From: a candidate division WWE3 bacterium CSP1-7
GTDB lineage: Bacteria > Patescibacteriota > WWE3 > 9FT-COMBO-53-11
Assembly (NCBI GenBank): GCA_001443395.1
Contig: LDXK01000001.1
Location: forward strand, 32,001 to 96,000
Length of the DNA stretch: 64,000 nucleotides
Direction of reading: 5' to 3'
Shown one piece after another: positions 38,106-47,315 of this stretch (its first letter is position 1; every line of letters begins with the position of its first letter). Below the pieces are notes generated by a model, which searched no databases, was not told the DNA's origin, and was given only the letters and a program-made list of their open reading frames with translations. The translations under genes were made by a program, and so were the position numbers.

Positions 38106-38399
38106 GTGGCTAAGAAAACCCGCCAAGAGAAGGATCTGGCCCGGCTCCGTCGGCAGATAGAAGTGCTAAGGGCCCAAAACAGCGAGCGTTCCCATGACTA
38201 CTCCCCTCCCCCGCGGGAGGTGCAAGAAGAAAGCAAGCCGGGAAAATCTACGGAACCACCGATCAAGAATTTGGAAATCAGAAAAGTCGCCCCTAAATTT
38301 ATTAAAGCCGATCTGCTCAAAACCATCGTCCTCTCTTTGGCGGCGCTGGCAGTTATCGCCGCTTTATATCTGTTGCGCAATCAAATTCCTTTCCTCTAG
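38106..38399 (+). CDS. Hypothetical protein with C-terminal TM anchor
   Basis: Basic N-terminus, hydrophobic C-terminal helix; GTG 6 nt after TG-c-TAAAGT. Confidence 0.7.
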   Translation: MAKKTRQEKDLARLRRQIEVLRAQNSERSHDYSPPPREVQEESKPGKSTEPPIKNLEIRKVAPKFIKADLLKTIVLSLAALAVIAALYLLRNQIPFL

Positions 38400-38422
38400 A
38401 GTTCTTCTCTCGGTCGGTATTG

Positions 38423-38470
38423 GACAAGAAGTACAATCCCGGCCTAGAGTTCTTCCCTAGGCCGGTATTG
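38423..38470 (-). mobile_element. Degenerate type A cassette with recoded comM 3' end
   Basis: QYRPREEL* encoded twice (38444-38470, 38396-38422); junction GTC|CAATAC; inner hairpin lost. Confidence 0.8.
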
Positions 38471-39976
38471 GAGAGCCTCGGCGACGTGTTCGGGAAGAAT
38501 ATTGGAAACTCCGCCCAGGTCGGCAATTGTTCGAGCAACTTTCAGAACTTTGTGGTAAGCCCGAGCTGACAACGCCATTTGAGAAACGGCCTGCCGGATC
38601 AATGTCTGCGCTTCTTCGGTTGCCTGGCAATAAACTTGGACCTCTTTGGATGAGAGCTCTCCATTGCTGTAAATCCTCTTACCCCGGTACCGCGCCAGTT
38701 GAATATCGCGGGATGCCTGAACCCTCTGCCGAATAATCCGGCTAGACTCTCCTTGCCGGCTTCTATCATCCTGCATCAATTTCTCCGTCTTCACTGCCGG
38801 AACTTCAACGTGAAGATCAATTCGATCCAAAATTGGACCGGATATTTTCTTCTTGTACTGCGATATCTGGTGAGCGGTGCAAGTACAGTTCCGCCGCGGG
38901 TCGCCGAGATACCCGCAGGGGCAGGGATTCTCCGCCGTCACCAAAATAAACTTAGCCGGAAAAGCAATCGTCCCGGCCGCCCTCGAGACCGTCACGATCC
39001 CGTCTTCCAACGGCTGCCGCAACGCCTCCAAAACGTGGCGGGGAAACTCCGGAAATTCATCCAAAAATAGTATCCCCCGATGAGAAAGAGAGATTTCTCC
39101 GGGAGAGGGATGAGTCCCTCCCCCGATCAGACCAATCCTAGAGGTGGTGTGATGGGGAGAACGAAAAGGCCGCCGCTTTATCAGTGCTTCTCCGACGGGG
39201 AGATTTCCCGAGATGGAATAGATCTTGGTAACTTCCAACGCCTCGTCCGGAGTGAGCTGCGGCAAGATCGAGGGCAACGATCGCGCCAGGAGAGTCTTTC
39301 CGGCTCCGGGAGGACCGGATAACCGAAGGTTATGACCGCCGGCGGCTGCAATTTCGAAAGCCCGTTTTGCCTGTTCCTGGCCAAGAATATCGGAAAAATC
39401 AAAATCCGCTTCTTCTTCCCCAATCAAATCAGCGATTTCGGCGGTCTCGGCGTGGCTAATCAATTTCAATCCTAGGAAGTGCTGGATCAAATCATAGAGA
39501 GTTGGAACCGGGTAAACCTGAACCCCATGCACCAGCGAAGCTTCCGCCGCATTGGCAGCCGGCAAAAATATCTTTCGGATCCCCTCTTCTTTGGCAAGAA
39601 GGGCCGCCGGCAGCACTCCCGGGGTGTGGCGAAGAGAACCATCCAGAGAGAGTTCCCCTAAGACCATAATTTCTTCCGATTTTAGATCAATCTGGCCGGA
39701 AGCAATCAGAATTCCCATCGCAATCGGCAGGTCATAATAGGAGCCTTCTTTCTTTAAATCGGCGGGAGCAAGATTAACGGTGATTCGGTAGTCGGGAAAA
39801 TCGGCCTTGGTATTAACGATCGCCGAACGAACTCTTTCGCGGCTTTCTTCCACCGCTTTATCAGGCAGGCCGACAATCGTAAAAGCGGGGAAACCGCGTT
39901 TCTCAATATCCACCTCAACTTTTACCGGAATGGCGTTCAGACCGACCGTGGCCGCGGAAATAACTTTCGCCAGCAT
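38444..39976 (-). CDS. comM: ComM/YifB Mg-chelatase-like AAA+ ATPase
   Basis: VGLPD, NLAPAD, GPPGAGKT, RPFRSPHH, NPCPCG, DRID. Confidence 0.95.
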   Translation of the reverse strand: MLAKVISAATVGLNAIPVKVEVDIEKRGFPAFTIVGLPDKAVEESRERVRSAIVNTKADFPDYRITVNLAPADLKKEGSYYDLPIAMGILIASGQIDLKSEEIMVLGELSLDGSLRHTPGVLPAALLAKEEGIRKIFLPAANAAEASLVHGVQVYPVPTLYDLIQHFLGLKLISHAETAEIADLIGEEEADFDFSDILGQEQAKRAFEIAAAGGHNLRLSGPPGAGKTLLARSLPSILPQLTPDEALEVTKIYSISGNLPVGEALIKRRPFRSPHHTTSRIGLIGGGTHPSPGEISLSHRGILFLDEFPEFPRHVLEALRQPLEDGIVTVSRAAGTIAFPAKFILVTAENPCPCGYLGDPRRNCTCTAHQISQYKKKISGPILDRIDLHVEVPAVKTEKLMQDDRSRQGESSRIIRQRVQASRDIQLARYRGKRIYSNGELSSKEVQVYCQATEEAQTLIRQAVSQMALSARAYHKVLKVARTIADLGGVSNILPEHVAEALQYRPREEL

Positions 39977-40035
39977 TTTGCCACCAGCATAACACCGATC
40001 TAGGGAATTTCAAGACCCCGTGATAAAATGTAGAT

Positions 40036-40392
40036 GCGTAGGAAATCGGACGATCGCTCGCCTTAAAAGCGAGAGGAAAGTCCTGACTCCTTAGAGCAAG
40101 GGTTGGGCCGCAAGGTCCGACGGGTGACTGCTGGTGGTCCGAATCGAAAGAATTCGGACACGGGTCTCGAATTAACGAGACCCGAGAGCAACAGAGACGA
40201 GCTTGGATCTAAACCGCAAGGCATGATTCAAGAGTGAAACGGGCAATCCCACCTGGAGCAATCCACGAACGCACCTTAGGCTGCTCGCCGATGCTTTTGA
40301 TGACAAATTTTGGCCAACAAAGGCAGGGTGCAAAGATGGAGCTTAGAGAGATGATCGTCTAAAACAGAATCAGGCTTACTGGTTTCCTGCGC
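40036..40392 (+). ncRNA. rnpB: RNase P RNA
   Basis: GAGGAAAGTCC (40073) and ACAGAATCAGGCTTA (40364) P4 strands; P1 GCGTAGGAAATC/GGTTTCCTGCGC; TG-a-TAAAAT upstream. Confidence 0.93.
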
Positions 40393-40430
40393 AAGAAAAC
40401 GTCCCGCTGAAAGCGGGGCTTTTTCGTTTT
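40393..40430. terminator. Terminator after rnpB, probably bidirectional
   Basis: CCCGCT-ga-aAGCGGG hairpin flanked by A-rich and T-rich tracts. Confidence 0.65.
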
Positions 40431-41424
40431 ACCTTCGGGAGTGGTTCCAATCGAGGATGTCGCGAGCAATAATGCTCAAAAGAATGGCCGACGGAATGGA
40501 GAGCACCGCTCCGCCGATGCCGAAAAGCTGGGCGCCGGCAAAGATAATGACCAGGGTAATCAGCGGAGAAAATCCGATCGCCCGCCCCATCACGTTCGGC
40601 ACGATCAGGGAATTTTCAAGCTGCTGCACGATCAGATAGAGACCGAGAATCCAAACTCCCAGCCAAAAAGAGGTCCCAAAACCGACCAGAAGGGCCGGGA
40701 TCGAGGAAAGAACCGGTCCGATGGTCGGCACCACCTCCAAAAGCCCGGCGATCACCGCCAGCGGAAGAGCATATTCCACTCCCAGCGCGAGAAGGCCCAA
40801 GTAAACCATTACCCCCACCACGACCATCAACAGCAACTGGCCCCTCAACCAACCTCCCAACTGCTTTTCCATCGATTCCACAATCCGCTGGAACCTAATC
40901 CGAGAGTGCGAATTGAGCATCGCGGCAAATCTTCCCTTTAGGTTCTCCCAATCCAAGAGAACATAAAACGTGAGGAAGAGAACGGTAATCACGAAGAGGG
41001 CGTTGGAAACGATTGCTCCGGCGATCGACAGGATGTTAGCTGAGAGCAGGGTGGCCTGCGAAACCAGCTGCTGTTGAAGTTCGCTCGCAAACGGGATCGG
41101 CCCGATCTTCTCGAGAAAGGGCCCGAGGAAATTGGGAAGATTGACGATAAACCTTCCCGTCTGATTTATCAACGGAGTAAAGCCGTAGGCCGTTAATCCC
41201 AGCAATAGTGCCAGAAAAAAGAAAAATACAAAAAAGACTCCGATCGGGCGAGGGAGGCGCAGTTTCTTCAATTTCACCACCAGAGGATCGAGAGCCAGAC
41301 TCAGAGCAAGGGCGATAAAAACCGCCACCACCACCAGCTTGATCTGGATCAGTACCCAAGTTATCGCCAGCAGAGCGATACCGATGACAATTGTTCTCGG
41401 AGTGACTTCGTAGCGTTTGTCCAC
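40429..41424 (-). CDS. AI-2E family transporter
   Basis: Multi-TM, GGWLRGQ, VPTIGP, QQLENSLIVPNVMG. Confidence 0.9.
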   Translation of the reverse strand: MDKRYEVTPRTIVIGIALLAITWVLIQIKLVVVAVFIALALSLALDPLVVKLKKLRLPRPIGVFFVFFFFLALLLGLTAYGFTPLINQTGRFIVNLPNFLGPFLEKIGPIPFASELQQQLVSQATLLSANILSIAGAIVSNALFVITVLFLTFYVLLDWENLKGRFAAMLNSHSRIRFQRIVESMEKQLGGWLRGQLLLMVVVGVMVYLGLLALGVEYALPLAVIAGLLEVVPTIGPVLSSIPALLVGFGTSFWLGVWILGLYLIVQQLENSLIVPNVMGRAIGFSPLITLVIIFAGAQLFGIGGAVLSIPSAILLSIIARDILDWNHSRR

Positions 41425-41454
41425 GTCAGATCAGTTTAGCAAAAGAAACCATAA

Positions 41455-41733
41455 TCACTTGCCCTCAATCGTCTTTTTCAGGCCAACCCCCGCGATGAAA
41501 GCCGGGGTGAGGTGTTCAGGAATCTGCACCCGTTGGCCGGTGCGGGGAACTTTTCCCAGCCGCGCCTTTCTCTTTCGAACCTCGAAAGTCCCAAAACCGG
41601 TGATCGTGACCCGCTCCCCATTCGCCAAACCTCGCCCAATCACTTCCAAGAAAGAATTCACAATCCGTTCGGTCCGAGCAAAGGGTAGGCCGATTTCCTT
41701 AGCGACATCGTAAACAACGGCGGTTTTGTTCAA
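41455..41733 (-). CDS. hup: HU-family DNA-binding protein
   Basis: MNK, ITGFGTF, R.G.VPRTG, PAF.AG. Confidence 0.92.
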   Translation of the reverse strand: MNKTAVVYDVAKEIGLPFARTERIVNSFLEVIGRGLANGERVTITGFGTFEVRKRKARLGKVPRTGQRVQIPEHLTPAFIAGVGLKKTIEGK

Positions 41734-41734
41734 A

Positions 41735-42550
41735 TTAGTTCACCTCCAAATCAACTCTCTCTATCCTTTTTAGCTCATTGTTGAGGGAAAATTCAAGAAG
41801 AACCGCCCGAAAAACCGCCGGACCTTTTTCCACCCATTCGAACGGTTCGGCCGTTCCATCCTTAAGGCGATCAATAATTACCCGAGGCTCAACTCCCAAA
41901 ACGGAATCCCGGGCCCCGGTCATCCCAATATCGGAAACGTATCCCGTCCCCTCAGGCAGGATCGTCGGATCGGCGGTGGGGACGTGGGTGTGCGTTCCCA
42001 AAACGGCGGCCACCCGGCCGTCCAGAAAGAAACCCATGGCCCGCTTCTCACTGGTCAGTTCGGCGTGGAAATCAACGAAGACCATCTCTGCGGAAATTTT
42101 CTTCAACAACTCATCCACGGCATGGAAGGGATTCGCGACATCACCGGCGAGCCAGGTATTTCTTTTATCACTGGCGAGTTTTTCCCCCAGAAATTCCCAA
42201 CCCAAGAGGCTCACAATGGCGACCTTTTTCCCGCCTATCTCAACAATCTTGGAACCCACACCGGGCGTTGCTTCCGGCAAATTTGCCGGCCGGATGACCG
42301 GGACGGCGGGATCAGAGAAGGGCTCATTCGGATCAAGGTAAAAAATATGGTCGCCGGAAGTGAAGAGATCAACTCCTGCTTTCTGAAGTTCGCGGAGATG
42401 TTCGATTTTGGCCCCCCGGCCGTGGGTTACGTTCTCGGCGTTTGCCACCGCAAAATCGATCTTTTCTTTTTTCTTGAGATTAGGGAGAAGCTGCTCAACC
42501 GCGGCTCGGCCAATTTTTCCGACAACATCGCCGATGAAAAGAATGCGCAT
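41735..42550 (-). CDS. ymdB: YmdB-like metallophosphoesterase
   Basis: FIGDVVG, NAEN, DFHAE.TSEK, GTHTHV, D.GMTG. Confidence 0.93.
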   Translation of the reverse strand: MRILFIGDVVGKIGRAAVEQLLPNLKKKEKIDFAVANAENVTHGRGAKIEHLRELQKAGVDLFTSGDHIFYLDPNEPFSDPAVPVIRPANLPEATPGVGSKIVEIGGKKVAIVSLLGWEFLGEKLASDKRNTWLAGDVANPFHAVDELLKKISAEMVFVDFHAELTSEKRAMGFFLDGRVAAVLGTHTHVPTADPTILPEGTGYVSDIGMTGARDSVLGVEPRVIIDRLKDGTAEPFEWVEKGPAVFRAVLLEFSLNNELKRIERVDLEVN

Positions 42551-43773
42551 TAGACTTGGGATTCAAACCGAGCTTCGCGGATCACGACCACCCTTACTCC
42601 TCCCGGTGTGACAACTTGATCCTTAATCCGCTTGCCGATCTCCTGGACCAACTGCGCCGAACGTTCATCGGAAACCTCCCCGGCCTTCACGATCACTCGA
42701 AGTTCCCGGCCGGCGGTAATCGCATAGGCATCATCAACTCCGGAAAAAGACTTGGCGATGTTTTCCAGGTCGGTCACTCGTTTGACGTACCCCTCAATAT
42801 CCTCGTAACGAGCTCCGGGACGGGAGCCGGAAATGGCATCGGCGATGTAAACCAATTCGGCTTCGATCGATTTCTTTTCCTCCCGGCCGTGGTGGGAAGC
42901 CGCCGCGTTGACCAGTTTTTCCGGAAATCCAAAACGTTCCAGAATCTTTCTGGTCAAGATGTCATGGGGCTCACCGGATTCGGAGGTTGCCACCTTGCCG
43001 ATGTCGTGAAAAAGAGCCGCGGCCTTAGCGAGCTCCACATCCGCCCCCACCTCCGCCGCCAGATAACTCACCAGCTTAACCATTTCCAGAGAGTGCTTCG
43101 CCAGATTTTGACCGTAGGAGGTCCGAAACTTGAACCGGCCTAAGAGCTCAACAATCCCGCCGGGCAGCCCTCCCAAGCCTGTTTCCAACGCCAGCTGTTC
43201 TCCTTCGCGGCGGATCTCGTGATCGATGTCACCTTTAACCGAGGAAACGACGGTTTCGATGTTCTCGGGCTGGAAGCGATCCTCCTTGATGAGCCGTTCC
43301 AGGGAGAGACGAGCGATGTGCCGGCGGACCGGGTCAAACGAGGAAATCCGCACCGCTTTCGGAGATTCCTCCAAGTCCAACTCCACTCCCGTCGCCCGTT
43401 CGAAAGCCCGGACGTTGCGGCCCTCCTTGCCGATGATTTTGCCCTTCCAATCTTCGGATGGAAGCTCCACCACCGAAACGGTAAATTCCGCCACGTAGGA
43501 AGTGGCAGCGTGCTCCATCGCAGAAACGAGAATGTCGCGGCTGCGATCCTCCGATTCCGCTTTGATCTGCTCCTCCACCTCAGCCATCCGCTGCGCTTTC
43601 TCATTCACCAACTCCTGGTCCAACTCCTTGAGAATCATCTTGCGCGCATCTTCCCGCGATAACGCGGCCGACTTCTCGAGCTCTTTCAGGTATTTTTCTT
43701 TCAGTTGTTCGACGGAGAGATTATCCGGAGACTCCGGACTTTCCGAAGGGTCTTTGATTTTTTTGTCTTTCAT
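42550..43773 (-). CDS. rny: Ribonuclease Y (no N-terminal TM helix)
   Basis: KH GKIIGKEGRN, RTSYGQN, HDIGK, DAISGSRPGAR. Confidence 0.93.
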   Translation of the reverse strand: MKDKKIKDPSESPESPDNLSVEQLKEKYLKELEKSAALSREDARKMILKELDQELVNEKAQRMAEVEEQIKAESEDRSRDILVSAMEHAATSYVAEFTVSVVELPSEDWKGKIIGKEGRNVRAFERATGVELDLEESPKAVRISSFDPVRRHIARLSLERLIKEDRFQPENIETVVSSVKGDIDHEIRREGEQLALETGLGGLPGGIVELLGRFKFRTSYGQNLAKHSLEMVKLVSYLAAEVGADVELAKAAALFHDIGKVATSESGEPHDILTRKILERFGFPEKLVNAAASHHGREEKKSIEAELVYIADAISGSRPGARYEDIEGYVKRVTDLENIAKSFSGVDDAYAITAGRELRVIVKAGEVSDERSAQLVQEIGKRIKDQVVTPGGVRVVVIREARFESQV

Positions 43774-43812
43774 TTTGGTTTACCAAAATGCTAGGGCGTT
43801 TCTGCGCCCGTC
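43771..43812 (+). mobile_element. Type A mini-cassette at rny start
   Basis: CATTTTGG-ttta-CCAAAATG-CTA-GGGCG tttctg CGCCC-GTC|CATTTTTT. Confidence 0.8.
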
Positions 43813-43838
43813 CATTTTTTTGCATCCTTCTTTGTAAA

Positions 43839-44861
43839 TTATACCTTTTCCCGGATCGCTTCCTCGACTTGAGAGCTCAGCTTGGAATCCTTCACGAACA
43901 TTTCCCGAGTGGCGTCGCGGCCCTGCCCCAGTTTTTTACCCTTGAATTCGTACCAGGTCCCGGTTTTGGAAAGAACCTCCAACTTCTCGCCCCAATCAAC
44001 GATTTCCCCCACCCGATCAATTCCCTCGTTGAAAATCAGATCAAATTCGGCCTGGCGGAAGGGAGGGGCAACCTTGTTCTTAACCACCTTCACTCGGACG
44101 CGCGAACCGACCGCTTCCTCCCCCTTCTTGAGGGTTGCGATCCGGCGGATATCCAACCTCACCGAAGAATAAAACTTCAGCGCCAATCCCCCCGGAGTCG
44201 TTTCCGGGTTGCCGAAGAGCACCCCGATTTTTTGCCGGATCTGGTTGGTGAAAACCATCGTGCAGTTTGTTTTGGAGAGAATGCCGGCCAGCTTTCGCAA
44301 CGCTTGGGACATCAACCGAGCCTGTCGACCCAAGTGCAGATCCCCCATCTCTCCCTCAATCTCGGCTTGCGGAGTAAGGGCCGCCACGGAATCGATCGCG
44401 ACCAGGTCCACCGCCCCGGAACGAACCAAGGTTTCGGCAATCTGCAGAGCCTGTTCCCCGGTGTCGGGTTGGGAGAGCAGCAGGTCATCCACGTTAACCC
44501 CCAACTTCTTCGAATAATCCGGGTCCAGGGCGTGTTCGGCATCAATAAACGCAGCGGTTCCGCCCGCCTTTTGAACCTGGGCGATGATGTTCAAGACGAG
44601 GGTCGTCTTTCCGGATGCTTCAGGACCAAAGATCTCTGTGACTCTCCCTTTGGGAACCCCCCCGATCCCTAGGGCAATATCCAAACCCAAGGAACCGGTG
44701 GAAATCGCCGCCACCCGGCCGGCATGAGAGGCAATGGATTCACCCAACTTCATAATCGAACCGCGACCGAAAGATTTTTCGATCTGCTCGATCGCGCTTT
44801 CCAGCGCGCGGGTTTTTCCGGAGGAAGGAGATTCGGTGGTTTTTTCTGAAGCTTTCGGCAT
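43839..44861 (-). CDS. recA: Recombinase RecA
   Basis: [32 protein letters not shown]; TTGCAA-17-TACCAT promoter 7 nt before ATG. Confidence 0.98.
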   Translation of the reverse strand: MPKASEKTTESPSSGKTRALESAIEQIEKSFGRGSIMKLGESIASHAGRVAAISTGSLGLDIALGIGGVPKGRVTEIFGPEASGKTTLVLNIIAQVQKAGGTAAFIDAEHALDPDYSKKLGVNVDDLLLSQPDTGEQALQIAETLVRSGAVDLVAIDSVAALTPQAEIEGEMGDLHLGRQARLMSQALRKLAGILSKTNCTMVFTNQIRQKIGVLFGNPETTPGGLALKFYSSVRLDIRRIATLKKGEEAVGSRVRVKVVKNKVAPPFRQAEFDLIFNEGIDRVGEIVDWGEKLEVLSKTGTWYEFKGKKLGQGRDATREMFVKDSKLSSQVEEAIREKV

Positions 44862-44925
44862 CCTCTTGATGGTAATGCCTTTAGGGATAGATTGCAAATG
44901 AAAAAGGAGCTAGATTTGATGTCAT

Positions 44926-45357
44926 CTAGCCCCTCACAAACATCTCCACTGCCAGCTGCACCAGTTGAGACTTGATTTCGGCCGTCATTTGGCGTGAGAG
45001 CAGTCGATAGGCGGGATGTTTCATCGCCACCACCGGCACACTGATCGCCATCGACGCCACCGCTCTCTGCGCCACGCTCCCGCATGTCAGAACCACACTG
45101 GGCTGGATGCGGTGAATGACTCGCCTCAGGTGCACCAAATCGGCCGGAAAAACTCCATCGGGAGAATCGGCCAAGGTAGGATTGGCGTTGCAGACCTTCA
45201 CTTCGAAGATATCGGTCGGCAGCGCTTCCTGGAGACGAATCCCGGTGCGCGACAGCCACAGTTCCCGGCGCCACACCCGAGGATTCCAACCGTTCGAGAG
45301 TCCTCCCTTGCGCCAAGGGCACTGGAGGACGACCAGGAGGACGGGCTTCGACTTCAT
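44926..45357 (-). CDS. Small uracil-DNA-glycosylase-superfamily-like protein
   Basis: VLQCP...SRTGIRL...VVLTCG..A...HPAYR follows the UDG-fold motif order; pattern recognition only. Confidence 0.55.
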   Translation of the reverse strand: MKSKPVLLVVLQCPWRKGGLSNGWNPRVWRRELWLSRTGIRLQEALPTDIFEVKVCNANPTLADSPDGVFPADLVHLRRVIHRIQPSVVLTCGSVAQRAVASMAISVPVVAMKHPAYRLLSRQMTAEIKSQLVQLAVEMFVRG

Positions 45358-45704
45358 TCCGAGTACCCTTCGTAGACGAAGAAACGGAGCACCGTGACTC
45401 TGTCGTGCCACGTCAAATCCGGATAGCGATGCCGGAGAGACTCCGCCAGGAGATAGAGATCCGAGAACCCCAGCTCCTTGACGTCCTCTTCGGGAACCTC
45501 GGCGAGGGAACAGGAATTCCGATTCCTCAAAACCGAATGGAAACCGTCTTCATCCCGATCGACCAGCACCACCGAATCGAACAGTTTCAGATCAGACTCG
45601 CCGGCAACGAGCACCGTGACCTCAATCCCAGGCTCCAGCCGCTCCTTCGAACGGATGACGGAACCATCCCCGAGACGGATCCTGGAAGTCTTGTCCGCAG
45701 GCAT
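45354..45704 (-). CDS. Hypothetical protein
   Basis: Strong RBS GGGGAGGGG; stop overlaps next ATG. Confidence 0.65.
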   Translation of the reverse strand: MPADKTSRIRLGDGSVIRSKERLEPGIEVTVLVAGESDLKLFDSVVLVDRDEDGFHSVLRNRNSCSLAEVPEEDVKELGFSDLYLLAESLRHRYPDLTWHDRVTVLRFFVYEGYSE

Positions 45705-45792
45705 CGCCCCTCCCTTTCCCCTTGTTTTTAGGACTTAAGTATATCCGGGAAAGTGGAAAATTCAAGGGAGAGAGGATAGAATTGGAGAAGCT

Positions 45793-45857
45793 TCGGGGCG
45801 TAAGGCCTTGCTTCGCAAGGACCATGCCCCCCGATTCGCCGTGCTCATCGGGGCGTA
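45793..45857 (+). mobile_element. Type B cassette duplicating the tRNA-Pro 5' end
   Basis: TCGGGGCG-TAA-GG-CCTTGC ttc GCAAGG-A-CC-ATGCCCCCGA...TCGGGGCGTA. Confidence 0.6.
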
Positions 45858-45923
45858 GGTCATCGGTAGACCGCTCGCATGGGGTGCGAGAGGTAGTGGG
45901 TTCAATTCCCGCCGCCCCGACCA
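45849..45923 (+). tRNA. tRNA-Pro (GGG)
   Basis: CGGGGCG/CGCCCCG acceptor, CTCGC-ATGGGGT-GCGAG anticodon arm, GGTTCAATTCC, CCA. Confidence 0.95.
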
Positions 45924-45944
45924 GATTAATCCCAGTTTGAAAGG

Positions 45945-46550
45945 TTAAGCCTTAAAGTTCTCTTCAACCTGATCCCAATTCACGACGTTCCACCAGGCCT
46001 CGATGTATTCCGGCCGGCGGTTTTGATACTGGAGATAGTAGGCGTGCTCCCAGATGTCCAAACCCAAGAGGGGGGTTAGACCCTGGGAAAGAGGCGAATC
46101 CTGGTTGGGGGTTGGCACGACCGAAAGTTTTCCGTCCCCGCTTTTGACCAACCAAGCCCAACCGCTCCCAAAAATCGCCGCGGCAGCATCGCTGAATTTC
46201 TTTTTGAAATCTTCAAAACTGCCAAATTCACTCTTGATGATACCCCCCAGATCACCGCTTGGCTCCCCTCCCCCACTTTTTTTCATCATCTTCCAGAAAA
46301 GCGAGTGGTTAAAGTGTCCCCCACCGTGATTGCGCACCGCGGTGCGAATATCTTCGGGAATCGAATTTAGGTCCTTGAGCAAGTCCTCTAGGGATTTGGG
46401 TTGCAGATCGGGGTATTTTTCCAGAGCCTTGTTCAGCTTCTCCACGTAAGTGGCGTGATGCTTGTCGTGGTGAATCTGCATCGTCTGGGCGTCAATGTAC
46501 GGTTCCAACGCGTCGTAGCTGTAGGAAAGGGGTTGGAGTTCGAAGGCCAT
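45945..46550 (-). CDS. sodA: Superoxide dismutase (Mn-type signature)
   Basis: [26 protein letters not shown]. Confidence 0.95.
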   Translation of the reverse strand: MAFELQPLSYSYDALEPYIDAQTMQIHHDKHHATYVEKLNKALEKYPDLQPKSLEDLLKDLNSIPEDIRTAVRNHGGGHFNHSLFWKMMKKSGGGEPSGDLGGIIKSEFGSFEDFKKKFSDAAAAIFGSGWAWLVKSGDGKLSVVPTPNQDSPLSQGLTPLLGLDIWEHAYYLQYQNRRPEYIEAWWNVVNWDQVEENFKA

Positions 46551-46588
46551 TGTTCTACTACTTAACACACTTTTGGCTTAAAATACAA

Positions 46589-47128
46589 ATGATGAAGCGA
46601 ATTTTTCTCGCCGTACCGGTCACTCAAAAGATTATCAGAGAATTGGCAAAAGAAATTGAGAGGCTCAAGAAATCATTACCTGATTGGGAAATAAAATGGG
46701 TCACACCGGAAAATCTTCACATCACTCTCGTTTTCTTTGGCTGGGTTAAAGAAGATCAGATAAAAAATCTCAAGACCGAGATCGAGGCATTGGTTCCAAA
46801 ATCCACACCGTTCCAAATCACGACCGGCAAATTATTCCTAAAAGTAAGACCACTATGGCTCGAAATTGAACAAGGTCGAGAGGAACTTAATCGACTCGCT
46901 GAGGAAATAGGACATCAACTGACCATTAAAGGTTCGCTCAAGGAAGAACGCGGATTCTACCCCCACCTCACTTTAGGGCGGGTTAAGAAGCGAGGCAAGA
47001 TCAAACTACCGTTGGTTCATGAAGAATTTTCTTGGAAAGCAAATCGATTAGTCCTCTACGAAAGCAGATTTGTCCGCAAACAGCGCGTTTATGAGGAGTT
47101 ATTCCCATTCCCTTTGAAAGGGAATTAA
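46589..47128 (+). CDS. thpR: RNA 2',3'-cyclic phosphodiesterase (2H family)
   Basis: Two HxT motifs (LHITL, PHLTL); MKRIFLAV. Confidence 0.9.
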   Translation: MMKRIFLAVPVTQKIIRELAKEIERLKKSLPDWEIKWVTPENLHITLVFFGWVKEDQIKNLKTEIEALVPKSTPFQITTGKLFLKVRPLWLEIEQGREELNRLAEEIGHQLTIKGSLKEERGFYPHLTLGRVKKRGKIKLPLVHEEFSWKANRLVLYESRFVRKQRVYEELFPFPLKGN

Positions 47129-47145
47129 AACAGGCCTGTTTTATT

Positions 47146-47161
47146 ATATATAGTATACTAT
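47146..47161. promoter_or_regulatory. Second copy of ATATATAGTATACTAT palindrome
   Basis: Identical to 9000-9015, again between convergent genes. Confidence 0.45.
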
Positions 47162-47223
47162 TAGATAACGGGGCTTGACTAGAGCAGTTTTGGCAGTTCT
47201 ATCCTTTAGCGCTTGGAATATTG

Positions 47224-47315
47224 GACGCGACCTTGTCGCTAGAAATTTTGCGAAGCAAAATTTAACGGCCGCGGACGCATCCTAGCAGTATTCTTCGCTA
47301 ACGCTTCGAATACTG
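47224..47315 (-). mobile_element. Two tandem type A cassettes at rpsI 3' end
   Basis: Units 47264-47315 and 47224-47263; QYSKR* encoded twice. Confidence 0.85.

Noticed and set aside
44862-44900. LexA/SOS box upstream of recA
   Set aside because: No CTGT-N8-ACAG or GAAC-N4-GTTC pattern around the promoter.
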